This document shows positions 7,732 to 17,461 of a stretch of DNA of 64,000 bases, in pieces. Source of the DNA: Candidatus Latescibacterota bacterium (GTDB lineage: Bacteria; Latescibacterota; UBA2968). The position numbers and the translations under genes are program-made. Location of the stretch: contig OZ220741.1 of assembly GCA_965116885.1 (NCBI GenBank), forward strand, positions 2,400,001 to 2,464,000, given 5' to 3'. Numbering within the stretch: position 1 is the first letter of the stretch; each line of letters begins with the position of its first letter. The notes under the pieces are model-generated. The model made no database searches, had not been told where the DNA came from, and saw nothing but the letters and a program-made list of their open reading frames with translations.

Positions 7732-9453
7732 ATGGCTGAATCATCGGCAGTATCGGATAGGACGCAGTCGGTTTTACAGGCTGTGAGCCAATCATCGCAA
7801 GCATCGGAGCAGCCCGCGTCAGAGGTCACGGAGTTTTTCGGTTCCTTGCGCCCTGCGATTAGCCAGACATTGTTGTACATTATTCTGCTTTTTGTGGCAG
7901 TTGCCATTGCCTGGGCGTGGTGGGGCAAAGTCGATGTGGTTGCATCTGCGCCATTTCGACTGGTGCCTTTGGGGAAGGTGAAAACCGTACAGGCAGCACG
8001 CGCTGGCGAGATTGAGCTTATTGGGGTCAAGGCAGGAGATCGGGTTAAAAAGAGACAGGTGTTATTCAAGTTGCGCTCGTGGGAAACATGGCATGAATTG
8101 CGCGAGCTTGAGCAGGCGAAAATTACACTTCAAAAGGCGAAATACGATTTGGAAGTGGCATTGCCCCGGAAACAGGCGTTGACAACGGAGACGGTGGTAG
8201 CATTAAAAGAGCGGGTGCAACTCGCGCAGATGTTTGTTGCGACGCATCGGGATGTATTGGATGCGTATCAAACGGAGATGGGTGCGCAGAATGCGCGAAG
8301 TGTCAGTGGGAAAGACGCAGATTTGAAGGCGCGCATCAATTTGCGTCAGGCGGAAGTTGCACATATCAAAGCGCAGTATGAACGCCAAAAGGCGTTGTTT
8401 GACCGCGGTTTGATCAGCCAGGCAGATATGGAAAGGGCGCGGATGGCATATCTCAATGCGCTGGCGCAATTGCCAGGCCGGATGTCCGAAATTTATCAGC
8501 AAGAAATGGCGGTTCAGGATATCAAGCGTCAGATTCTGGAAGCCGAGCTATCGCAAGACCGCGAAGCATCTCAGGCAAAATACGCTTATGACGCTGCCCG
8601 CTTGCGCCTACAACAGGCGCAACAGAAGGTGGCACGAAACTTAGATGCAGAATCAGATCTCATTCTGGCACCAGAAGCCGGAATCGTGACGCAGGTGCTG
8701 GTGAATACAGAAAGACAGGTGATCAGCAAGGGACAATCGCTGGCTATGATCGCACCGGAGACTGCGCCAATCGTGGCCGAGGTGATGATTTTGAACAAGG
8801 ATGTGGGGTTGATGAAACCCGGTCAGGTTGTGAGGTTGAAGTACGATGCCTTTGCATTTCAGGATTACGGCATTAAAAGGGGCTGGCTATCCGAGATTGC
8901 TCCGGATGCCTGGCTTGATCAACATGGCCTCACGTTATTTGACGTGGCTGTAGAGGCTGAATATCGGTTGTATCAACGCTGGTTGATGTCGCGGATTAAA
9001 GAGGATAGCATCCGGGCTTTTTTTGTTCAGCGTACCCTAAGTTTTGAGCGCGTGGAGGTGTGCTGGATTTCTGTATCAGATGAGGGCGTGGCTGAAGAAT
9101 TGTGTTTACAAGTCAAAGAAGAAGGTGCGGATTTTTATACCCTGGCACGGCGGTATTCGCAAGATGAAGCCACGCGGTCTGCTGGCGGGTATCTTGGACG
9201 GCGGCGCAGGCGCAATCTTCCACAAGGGGTCGCGCCTTTGATTTTTGCCGCATCGGAAGGCGATGTTGTTGGTCCCGTGAAAGTGGAAAAGGGTTATGCG
9301 TTGTATTATGTGCAGAAACGATGTCCAGCGGTACTCGATGAGACCACTTGTGAAAAGATCCGGAGAAAGCTGTTTGAATCCTATTTACAACGCGAAATGA
9401 AACGCGCTGAGATCACTTTTCCGTTTAATGTAAGAAGGCTGACTCTGGAATGA
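7732..9453 (+). CDS. HlyD-family membrane fusion protein fused to a C-terminal PpiC/parvulin-type domain
   Basis: TM + GKVDVVASA, VKAGDRVKK, ILAPEAG, GQVVRLKYDAF (HlyD). FYTLARRYSQD..GGYLG and VVGPVKVEKGY (parvulin). Confidence 0.85.
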   Translation: MAESSAVSDRTQSVLQAVSQSSQASEQPASEVTEFFGSLRPAISQTLLYIILLFVAVAIAWAWWGKVDVVASAPFRLVPLGKVKTVQAARAGEIELIGVKAGDRVKKRQVLFKLRSWETWHELRELEQAKITLQKAKYDLEVALPRKQALTTETVVALKERVQLAQMFVATHRDVLDAYQTEMGAQNARSVSGKDADLKARINLRQAEVAHIKAQYERQKALFDRGLISQADMERARMAYLNALAQLPGRMSEIYQQEMAVQDIKRQILEAELSQDREASQAKYAYDAARLRLQQAQQKVARNLDAESDLILAPEAGIVTQVLVNTERQVISKGQSLAMIAPETAPIVAEVMILNKDVGLMKPGQVVRLKYDAFAFQDYGIKRGWLSEIAPDAWLDQHGLTLFDVAVEAEYRLYQRWLMSRIKEDSIRAFFVQRTLSFERVEVCWISVSDEGVAEELCLQVKEEGADFYTLARRYSQDEATRSAGGYLGRRRRRNLPQGVAPLIFAASEGDVVGPVKVEKGYALYYVQKRCPAVLDETTCEKIRRKLFESYLQREMKRAEITFPFNVRRLTLE

Positions 9454-9501
9454 TGAGAGGGTGATGGTATTGCACAAACATTAAAAAATAAACACACTTC
9501 C

Positions 9502-12108
9502 TTATCGAATCCCAAAGGTCGTTTTTTTTCTCACCTGCACGCCGCTTACCAGATCTTCTACGGTTACCTGCACTTCATGGTCGCCTTTTCCCGCTCCGTC
9601 GAGATTCAATTCCACATAAGAGAGACCATCTGTGGTATTTCCGATCTGGTCATAGGTTACGCTCACGCCCTGTTCCCCTTCCTCTTTTCCCAGCAGACGC
9701 CCCAGCCCGGCCAGGACGCGGGCACCGCGGCTTTTCTGATCCTTAGATCGGATGTCATAGGTCACGCGGTAATGCGTTTGTCCAAATTCATTCTTGCTCA
9801 GGTGATAGATTTCAAAATAGAGAAAGGCCGGATGTTTTTCCGGGAATGCCCATACCGACATGGGCATTATGTTCAATCCCTGTTTGACAAAAACACCTTC
9901 TGACGGTGTCTCATCTGAGATTGACCAGGCCAACTCGATGTCGCTCAAGTTCAAGTCGGTTCTGGAATAGTCTTCCAATACTATCTGTTGCTGGTAGATC
10001 TGAAACCGCCGCGTTTCCGCCTCCCGAACCCGCAGGCCGAGTTCATAAGTTCCCGGCGGTGCTTCTATGGCGGCCATGTCCAGTACCAGGTTTTGCCATC
10101 CGCTGGATGTATCGACTGAGGTTTGTAAAAAGGTTTCATCGAGGAAAAATTTTCGCTCGTCCCGGTAAGTCTGATCCACTGTGGGATCTGTTAGTGCCGC
10201 GCTGCGTATGACCCATGTGCCTTCCTGCTTTTTGAGCAGCGAATCCGGCGGGATGCCGCTGTAGATTTCCAGGCGTGTGCGACCGTCTTTTCCCCTAAAG
10301 CTGGCTGTTCGGTACCAGAAATCCAGAGGTTGGGCACCCCGGGCAAAGTCGTGAAAGTCGGGTATCCGTCCGGCCATTTTGTTTACGACCAGTTCTGGAG
10401 AATGGTACAGAAAATCCGTGAGGTCTCGCACGGCGACATAGCGCTCTTTTAATTCGTTGGGTACATGCGTGGGGACGGGTGCGAACTCGAAATTGCCCTG
10501 AAAATACTCGTCGGTAAATGTGACCTCCAGGCCCTCTGCGACCATGGTATATACCCAGGATTCCCAGGGTACTATGCTGGCGTCTTCGCGGTTGGTGACT
10601 GGCATGAATAAGCCCATCGCCTGTTCGACAAACCGCTCCTGGCGCACCCGCGATGGCGAGAAGCTCAAATCGCCTGTGTTCACATCGCCCAGTGCAGCCA
10701 GGGTTTGTTCTTGATCCACAATTCGGTTCACCTGGTCGCCTTCACCCGCGTCGGCAGCCTGTACTCGTTCCGACAATTCGGTGCGTTCGGCATCCTGGGC
10801 GTCTTCCAGCACAAATATGAGTTGGATCTCGTCCGAGGTTAACCCCAGGTCCTGGGGATCGGGTGCTTTGGTGCTGAAAGCCCGGTTGCTCCGAACGGGA
10901 TATACCGGTCCCGTGAAGAATTCACCCACGGCGTCCGGTCCGTAGAGATCTACGGCCATGCGCTCTTTGATGCGCTGTGCTTTGGCCGGCATGTCGGCAT
11001 TTAGACGGTCGGATGTTGAGCGATAATCGGGTTCACCATAGCGGATGTACACTTCACCCCGCTGGTCCCAGGGATATATCGCTTTTGAAAAGTGCGTGCG
11101 CGCGTGCCAGACCCGGCGGTAGTGTTCTGCCTGGCGCAAGAATCCGCCGGATACGCGCGATAGGTCGTGCCGAATCCAGAAGCGGCGCAGAAAGGCTTCG
11201 CGCTCTATGGCCGATGTGACTCTGGAGAGGGATTCCAGTTCGGGTATGGAGGCCAGCAGGGAGATGTCCCGGTAGAGTGCCGCCTCTGCGGCATCGAGAA
11301 GGGTGATGTAATTGCGAAAGATGCGTACGGCTCGTTCGCCATCGCCTTCATGGAGAAAGACCTGGGCTATTAGAGGCAGAAAACGGCGCGTTTCGACTGT
11401 ATTGCCCAAATGGGTCAACAGGTCTCGCAATTCGGCGAAGCGTTCGCTCATGGCGTAAATCACGCCCAATTGATAGGCGACATCCAGGTTTTCGGGAGCC
11501 TGCCGCACACAGCGTTCGTACAGGTTGATTACCCGGCCCCATTCGTCCTTTTTTTTGTGGTGTTCCGCCATGATTTTGCAGGCAGCGATATCCGTCGAGT
11601 CCCGCTCAAGTGCCCGTTCAGAAGCCCGTTTCAAAGATCGGTCCTCTTCCATGAGTCGCACGAGGTCGAGGTGATAGCGTATTTTCTGCGATTGGGGCGC
11701 GAGAGCGATGGCTTTTTCAAAATGCGTTTTGGCTCCGCGGATATCTTCCTTCTGGTAGAGCGCGATCTGCCCCAGTCCGTCGTGCGCTTCTGTGAGATCT
11801 GGATTTAAGCTCAGTGCCTTTTCAAATGCCTGTCTGGCTTTTTTCCATTGTTTTTTCCGCTCGCGAGATTCCAGATATGCCGTGCCCAGGCGGGCGTGTC
11901 CTTCGGCCAATTCAGGGTCCAGGTGTACAGCCTCCTTCAACAGGTCTATTGCGTGTCGCGCACTGTCCATCTCGATCCGCACATCGGCAGCCAGCATCAG
12001 AGAATCCGATCGGGTCATCAGGGTTATGAAGGGCTGTTCTGCCTTTGCCCAGCCTGCCATCAGGATGAGGTATATGGGAATCAGTCGAATTGCAAGATGA
12101 TTTTTCAT
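9502..12108 (-). CDS. TPR + GWxTD-domain exported protein
   Basis: Signal peptide, TPR repeats, FWIRHD..EHYRRVWHA..PWDQRGEVYIRYGEPD, and C-terminal LSDIELA / YFEIYHL Ig-like region. Confidence 0.8.
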   Translation of the reverse strand: MKNHLAIRLIPIYLILMAGWAKAEQPFITLMTRSDSLMLAADVRIEMDSARHAIDLLKEAVHLDPELAEGHARLGTAYLESRERKKQWKKARQAFEKALSLNPDLTEAHDGLGQIALYQKEDIRGAKTHFEKAIALAPQSQKIRYHLDLVRLMEEDRSLKRASERALERDSTDIAACKIMAEHHKKKDEWGRVINLYERCVRQAPENLDVAYQLGVIYAMSERFAELRDLLTHLGNTVETRRFLPLIAQVFLHEGDGERAVRIFRNYITLLDAAEAALYRDISLLASIPELESLSRVTSAIEREAFLRRFWIRHDLSRVSGGFLRQAEHYRRVWHARTHFSKAIYPWDQRGEVYIRYGEPDYRSTSDRLNADMPAKAQRIKERMAVDLYGPDAVGEFFTGPVYPVRSNRAFSTKAPDPQDLGLTSDEIQLIFVLEDAQDAERTELSERVQAADAGEGDQVNRIVDQEQTLAALGDVNTGDLSFSPSRVRQERFVEQAMGLFMPVTNREDASIVPWESWVYTMVAEGLEVTFTDEYFQGNFEFAPVPTHVPNELKERYVAVRDLTDFLYHSPELVVNKMAGRIPDFHDFARGAQPLDFWYRTASFRGKDGRTRLEIYSGIPPDSLLKKQEGTWVIRSAALTDPTVDQTYRDERKFFLDETFLQTSVDTSSGWQNLVLDMAAIEAPPGTYELGLRVREAETRRFQIYQQQIVLEDYSRTDLNLSDIELAWSISDETPSEGVFVKQGLNIMPMSVWAFPEKHPAFLYFEIYHLSKNEFGQTHYRVTYDIRSKDQKSRGARVLAGLGRLLGKEEGEQGVSVTYDQIGNTTDGLSYVELNLDGAGKGDHEVQVTVEDLVSGVQVRKKTTFGIR

Positions 12109-12115
12109 TGCGCCC

Positions 12116-14524
12116 TCACTCGATTTTAAAGCTCGCTGTTTTGGTCACTTTTTGTCCGTCTTTGCGGTCCATTGCAGCGACCTCAATGACGTATTCTCCC
12201 GGCTCGGAACCAGATAGGTCAAGTGCCAGATAGTTGACCACGTTGTCGGCATCGCCCGTCTGGTCATAAGAAATCGCAATTTGTTCTTCGTTCTGGTCTA
12301 TGCCCACCAGTTTTCCCAGGCCACCGAGTACTTTTGCGCCAAACGACTGTCCGGAACGCGGTTTTAAGCGGTAGGAGATCTGGTAGTCCGTTTGTCCGAA
12401 TGCATCCTGGCTCAGTCCGTAAATTTCGTAGTAGAGATAGACCAGATGCCGCTGTGTATAATGCCGCGTGGCCAGGGGAATGACTTCCAAATTCTGTTTG
12501 ACAAAATGTCCTTTTCCGGTGGTCTGTTCAATTGAAGCCGCCATTTCGATATCGCTCAGCCAGAGTTTGCCGTGCCGATAAGACGGGACCCGCAAGGGCA
12601 TGCCATAGACCTGCGTGCGTCCAGACCGCTCTTCGATGGCTTGCACGGCGAGGTAGTACGATCCAGGTTTTACATCCAGTGCGATTACATCGGGAATGAT
12701 CCCGGTTTTTCCATCTACCCGAAATACAGCGCGGTTTGCCACCTCGAATACCGGGTCGCCTTTTGCATTGTAGAGAACAGCACCCCGGTTTATCCGAACA
12801 TCCCCTTCCTCTCGCGTCAATGCGGAGGCGGGAAATCCGTAGTAGATCTCCACGCGCGTGCTGTCGCCCAGTCCTCGAAATGTGGCGGGATAGGCCGCGT
12901 AATACAGGGGTTCGGCGAGAAATGTCGGTACGTAAATTTCTCTGGGAGCCTGGCTTATGATTTGTTCGGGGATGAGAGGTCCCCACAGGTGGCGCATTTT
13001 GGTCGCCATTTCCGCGGGTAATACGGCGTAGTCAAAAACGCCATCGGGCGCGCCGGGCATCTGGCGAAATACAATTTCTACGCCTTCTCCCAATTCCGGA
13101 TAGATCCAGTATTCCCACGCCCGGCGATCCTGGATCGGGAAGATGGGTCGTCCCAGGAATGTACCCAGTCCCCCTACGGCCATCGCCGATTCGGCTCGTT
13201 TTCGAATTTGTTCGCTTTTCTGATTACGCTCGGATGATCGGCTGTACAGCCGCTGGAACTGCCTTTCCAGTTGGCGTTGTGCCTGTTCTGCGCCAGCTCC
13301 GCGGTGGGTCACATTGGCACTGTCGCTATCAGCGGCGTAGTCCGATAGCAGTATTTCGGCTGCCCAATCTACGCGGTCTAATAGCCGCTGTTTGATATCC
13401 CAGTCTTCGGGATGGGATTCGCGCCGCCGATTCCCGGACGCGCTTTTGTGAGATGGCGTGCCGTAGCGCACATAGATTTCGCCCCGTCGATCCCACGGAA
13501 AAACCGCCGATCCGAAATGCTCCCGCGCATAAGCTACCCGGCGGAAGTGTTCGACTCTCCGCTCGTTGACGTCTGTAATGGGTGTGGGGTCCCGGCGTTT
13601 CCAGAATTGTTGCAGAAGTACTTGTCTGTCCTTTGCCTGCTTAAATGCCTCTGTTTCCCTTTCTGAGGCGAGTAGGGAAATATCTTCATACGGCGTCCGC
13701 TCTCTGGTGCTCAGGCCAGCTATATAGGTTTCGAAGAGGGTTTCGGCTTTTTCGTAATTTTTTCGTTCCAGATAGACTTCGGCGAGTTCCAGCATGTATT
13801 GCCGCTGGTTTGTGCCTTGAGTTTGCATGAGCCGCGATAGGGTGCGTGCGGCCTGGTCTGTGCGCGATAGGGTGCGGTAGAGTTGCCCCAGTCGCCACAT
13901 GGCGTCTTTGTGTGCGGGATTGACCGCCAGTTGTTTTTCGTAATATTCTATTGCGCCGTCTTTTTTTAGTAGATCGTATTCATACATAAAGCCCAGGCGA
14001 TAATACGCATCTGGATGGTCCGGGTCCATCTCGACCACCTGTTCGAAAGCTCTGATGGCATCGCGATTCATCAAGTTCAGATGCGTCAGGCCAATGTGGT
14101 ATTGGGCTTCTACATAGTCGGGTTTTTCAGCTAGGGCGCGACAAAAATAGTCAATGGCGCGCACCCACTGGCCTTTTTCACGGGCATAGACGAGGCCCAT
14201 GCCAAAGTAGGCTTCGGGCATTTTTCGCTGGTATTTTTCGGCATTTCGAAAGGCTTTTCTGGCTTTGCCATTCTGATCCTGGGCCAGATACACATGCCCC
14301 AATCCACAGTGGGTTGGGGCATGTTTTTTGTTTGCTTGTAGTGATTGCTCAAACAAAGTTTTCGCGCGGTCTATTTCTCCTGTTTTGAGTGCCTGATCAC
14401 CCAGGAGATAGAGAGAATCCGCAGCAGCAGGATCCGCCCCAATTGGTGCAGTTGTCCAGAATATTCCAAAGATCAGGACGAGTGCAATGCACCCGATATG
14501 CCAGCCTATTTTCGACATGCTCAA
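12116..14524 (-). CDS. TPR + GWxTD-domain exported protein
   Basis: Signal peptide, TPR repeats, FWKRRDPTP..NERRVEHFRRVAYA..PWDRRGEIYVRYG, YYEIYGL. Confidence 0.85.
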   Translation of the reverse strand: MSMSKIGWHIGCIALVLIFGIFWTTAPIGADPAAADSLYLLGDQALKTGEIDRAKTLFEQSLQANKKHAPTHCGLGHVYLAQDQNGKARKAFRNAEKYQRKMPEAYFGMGLVYAREKGQWVRAIDYFCRALAEKPDYVEAQYHIGLTHLNLMNRDAIRAFEQVVEMDPDHPDAYYRLGFMYEYDLLKKDGAIEYYEKQLAVNPAHKDAMWRLGQLYRTLSRTDQAARTLSRLMQTQGTNQRQYMLELAEVYLERKNYEKAETLFETYIAGLSTRERTPYEDISLLASERETEAFKQAKDRQVLLQQFWKRRDPTPITDVNERRVEHFRRVAYAREHFGSAVFPWDRRGEIYVRYGTPSHKSASGNRRRESHPEDWDIKQRLLDRVDWAAEILLSDYAADSDSANVTHRGAGAEQAQRQLERQFQRLYSRSSERNQKSEQIRKRAESAMAVGGLGTFLGRPIFPIQDRRAWEYWIYPELGEGVEIVFRQMPGAPDGVFDYAVLPAEMATKMRHLWGPLIPEQIISQAPREIYVPTFLAEPLYYAAYPATFRGLGDSTRVEIYYGFPASALTREEGDVRINRGAVLYNAKGDPVFEVANRAVFRVDGKTGIIPDVIALDVKPGSYYLAVQAIEERSGRTQVYGMPLRVPSYRHGKLWLSDIEMAASIEQTTGKGHFVKQNLEVIPLATRHYTQRHLVYLYYEIYGLSQDAFGQTDYQISYRLKPRSGQSFGAKVLGGLGKLVGIDQNEEQIAISYDQTGDADNVVNYLALDLSGSEPGEYVIEVAAMDRKDGQKVTKTASFKIE

Positions 14525-14534
14525 TCGCCTGTGT

Positions 14535-16277
14535 TTATTTTGCCAGCGGTCCCGTGGGTGCTTCTTTGCTGTAGAGCGCGCTTCCCCGCTCGTAGGATAC
14601 TGCCACCTGTCCGTTTCCTACCTGCAACCGGGGTACATTATTTGTGCCTACATCGCGGTCCGGTCCTCTCATGACAGCGAGTTGTGCATCGCTCATGCCC
14701 GCTATCAAATCGCCCCATCGGCTTTCTGGGTGTACCATGTCGCCTCCGCTGCGGTGGAAGTTCCGGGATGTGTATTTGATCAGGATGCCCCGTCTTGGTA
14801 TTGGATTTTTCCAGGCGAGAGCACCGTGGGTAGTTGCCCCATCCCCAAAAAAGAGCACGTCGCCCGCCTTCATCACTGGCTGTACCACAAGTCCCATGTC
14901 ATCGTCGCAGGTGCGGATGCCCGGCGGCATGGGATAAAACGCTTTGTGGCTGCCCGGTACGCAGGCGAATCCGCCCAGACCGGGTTCTACGTCTCGAAGT
15001 TGCCAGGCTACGGTGACTGCTTGATCGTAACTGCGTCCGTTTTGAAACACATAGCCCATCGGCGGATAGAGGGGTTCGTTGTTGCTGTGGAGCGAGTGTC
15101 CGCTGCCGCCCAGGACTGAGCAGAATGCCGTGGCACCTCCGCACCGCCCTCCGCTGGCGCCCATCCAGTTCAAGCGGTGTTCGACCTCTGGGTGTGCAAT
15201 CATTTGCCGGAATGGGTCGCTATACGGTTCTGGCAATTCGAGCAATCCAGAGAGGAGTGGTCGCCCCGTGCCGGCCAGGCTTTTTGAGCCTCGGGCCAGT
15301 TCTTCGCCCACTACGATGCGGTCTTCAAATTTATCTATGGTCTCGTTGGCTGCTGCCAGCCATTCTTCGTCCATGACGCCGCGGAGTACCAGATATCCGT
15401 TCAAATCCCAGAAATAGAATTCTTTGTAATCAATGCCCGAGTCCGGGTCCAGTTTGTAAATTGAGGGATGAAAGACCTCGCGAGATTCGTCCATCTTTAC
15501 TGTTTTTCCATCTGTTACTATTGTCGGGGGAGGTGTCGTGGATTTGTAACCGGGCTTGTAAAGCGATGCGCGTTGTTCTTCACTTAGCGAATCGTGCCAT
15601 TCTGGATGCGGCTCTTCCTCAGTCATTGGACCTGTTCCGGCTGACCGGATCACGCCCCTGCCCACGTATTCATAAGATAGGAGTCGCTGCTGTCCGTCTC
15701 CTTGCCAGGGGCGCATTCCCTGTAATGAGGATAGTGCTACTATCAGGAGATCTCCTGCCTTTAGCACGGGCTGGTATGTCAGGCCCATGTCGTCTTCGCT
15801 CGTGGTTATGTCTTCGGGCGATGCCACATTGCTTTTGTGCGAGCAGGGTATCAGTACTAAGCCGCCATCTCCTTCGTTTACGTCTTCCAGTGCCCAGATT
15901 GCGCGCACCCCTTCGCAATAACGCCGACCGTTCTGGTGGTAATACGCAATGCCCGGCATTCTCGGTTCGTTACCGCCTGTTAGCGGTGCTGTGGTATCGC
16001 AGGTCTCATCGCACAAGATTTCAGGCTCGCGGTCCAGGCGGAAGCCGATTCCTACAATTTGATTGAGATACCACACGAGGTGCGGATGGACGAGCAGTTC
16101 CCGGAATGGTTCTTTCAATTCGCCTTCCCATCCCAGCATGCCCGATGGTTGACCGGCTTTGTCAATGGCCTGGTTCAGTTGCACGACTTCGCCGCGGTTC
16201 AATACGCCCGGTACATGGAGATAGCCAGCTATATCAAAACAGTAATTCTCTTCGTTGCTCATGAGTTCCTGATCCAT
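14535..16277 (-). CDS. Two-domain phytanoyl-CoA dioxygenase (PhyH)-family Fe/2OG protein
   Basis: Two repeats of FD..GYL...PxSHK...KAGD. Only the second domain keeps His residues. Confidence 0.8.
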   Translation of the reverse strand: MDQELMSNEENYCFDIAGYLHVPGVLNRGEVVQLNQAIDKAGQPSGMLGWEGELKEPFRELLVHPHLVWYLNQIVGIGFRLDREPEILCDETCDTTAPLTGGNEPRMPGIAYYHQNGRRYCEGVRAIWALEDVNEGDGGLVLIPCSHKSNVASPEDITTSEDDMGLTYQPVLKAGDLLIVALSSLQGMRPWQGDGQQRLLSYEYVGRGVIRSAGTGPMTEEEPHPEWHDSLSEEQRASLYKPGYKSTTPPPTIVTDGKTVKMDESREVFHPSIYKLDPDSGIDYKEFYFWDLNGYLVLRGVMDEEWLAAANETIDKFEDRIVVGEELARGSKSLAGTGRPLLSGLLELPEPYSDPFRQMIAHPEVEHRLNWMGASGGRCGGATAFCSVLGGSGHSLHSNNEPLYPPMGYVFQNGRSYDQAVTVAWQLRDVEPGLGGFACVPGSHKAFYPMPPGIRTCDDDMGLVVQPVMKAGDVLFFGDGATTHGALAWKNPIPRRGILIKYTSRNFHRSGGDMVHPESRWGDLIAGMSDAQLAVMRGPDRDVGTNNVPRLQVGNGQVAVSYERGSALYSKEAPTGPLAK

Positions 16278-16381
16278 TATATCCCCCTCAAGTTGGAAAG
16301 CTTATTGACAAAACAGAGAGCCAATCATTAATAATTCTAAAACATGTGTTAAATTATATTAAAAAACAAGAGAAATACAGT

Positions 16382-17443
16382 CTAATCGGGCACTTCGACG
16401 ACGTAAATCTGGCTGCTACCGGTTTGATCCGATGTGTAGATGACCCGTTTTCCATCGGGGCTGAACGATGGATGCGGATGAGACCACTGGGGGCCATAGG
16501 TATCGGCCTGGACTTTGTCGTCGTCTGCGGGCACTGTTTCGGCCCACTGCGTTCCCCCATTGGAACTGCGGGGATAACACAGGGTTTTGTGTTCACCCGT
16601 TTCTGGATCGATCAGTTGTAGCCCGATGTCTGGACAGGTGGTGTCGCATACAATGCGCGACCCATCTGGACTGGGCGATGGATGCCAGGTGTTGAATTCG
16701 GCGATTTTTCGATCTTTGTCTTCGCCCACCCGAATGCCCCGCAACGCATAAGGCCAGTGTACGAAGATGACTTCGTCGGTGTGCCCCAGGAATGTTTCGT
16801 GGGTAATCCACACGGTTTTGTCGTGTTTGAATAGGGGGCGTTCGTTGCTCCCATCAATCCGCACTTCCCACATTCGCTGATTGATATCGCTGGAATACAG
16901 GATGAGGTCCGGATCAGTCGGGCAGACCTGCACGTGGCCCACAGCGCGAGGGGGTTCGCGGACGATCCTGTGCCCCGATCCGTCTGTGTTCACCGCTACG
17001 ACTGCCGAATGCCCGTTGTGTTGCAAAGGGGTTACCAGCCGTTCCCCATCTGCCGATAGGCTGCATCCACCCACGCGGTTTTCGCCAAAATCGGCGAGGA
17101 TGGATTCTTCCAGTGTCTCGATATTCACGGCGCGAATCTGTCCACCTGTGTTGTAAAATACCCGGTGTCCGTCTTTGGCAGGACAGGCGGCAAATCCACC
17201 GAATCCCTCCATGTCGGTCAATTGCGTCATTTCTCCGCTGTTCTCATCCATTTTGAAGAGGTTGGGGTGTCCAGATCGGTATGAAGTGAATACAATGGTT
17301 TTTCCATCCGGCATCCAGGATGGATTTGAAAAGTACAGGTTGTGGCTGACTGCGGGATGGTCCGTCATTTGCCGGATCGCCGCGCCCGTTTTTTTGTCTT
17401 TTAATGCTTTTGCTTCCGAAGAATACGTCTGTCCTTTTGCCAT
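16382..17443 (-). CDS. Oligogalacturonate lyase-like / TolB-like beta-propeller
   Basis: DKKTGAAIRQMTD..SHNLYF, THETF, HPHPSFSPDG..YTSD. GGAGG precedes ATG 17443. Confidence 0.75.
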   Translation of the reverse strand: MAKGQTYSSEAKALKDKKTGAAIRQMTDHPAVSHNLYFSNPSWMPDGKTIVFTSYRSGHPNLFKMDENSGEMTQLTDMEGFGGFAACPAKDGHRVFYNTGGQIRAVNIETLEESILADFGENRVGGCSLSADGERLVTPLQHNGHSAVVAVNTDGSGHRIVREPPRAVGHVQVCPTDPDLILYSSDINQRMWEVRIDGSNERPLFKHDKTVWITHETFLGHTDEVIFVHWPYALRGIRVGEDKDRKIAEFNTWHPSPSPDGSRIVCDTTCPDIGLQLIDPETGEHKTLCYPRSSNGGTQWAETVPADDDKVQADTYGPQWSHPHPSFSPDGKRVIYTSDQTGSSQIYVVEVPD

Positions 17444-17461
17444 GTCTGATGCCTCCATTGG

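Noticed and set aside
16305..16335. TTGACA on the plus strand as an antisense promoter
   Set aside because: No good -10 hexamer at 16-18 bp spacing; the spacer is AT-rich, so chance matches are likely.
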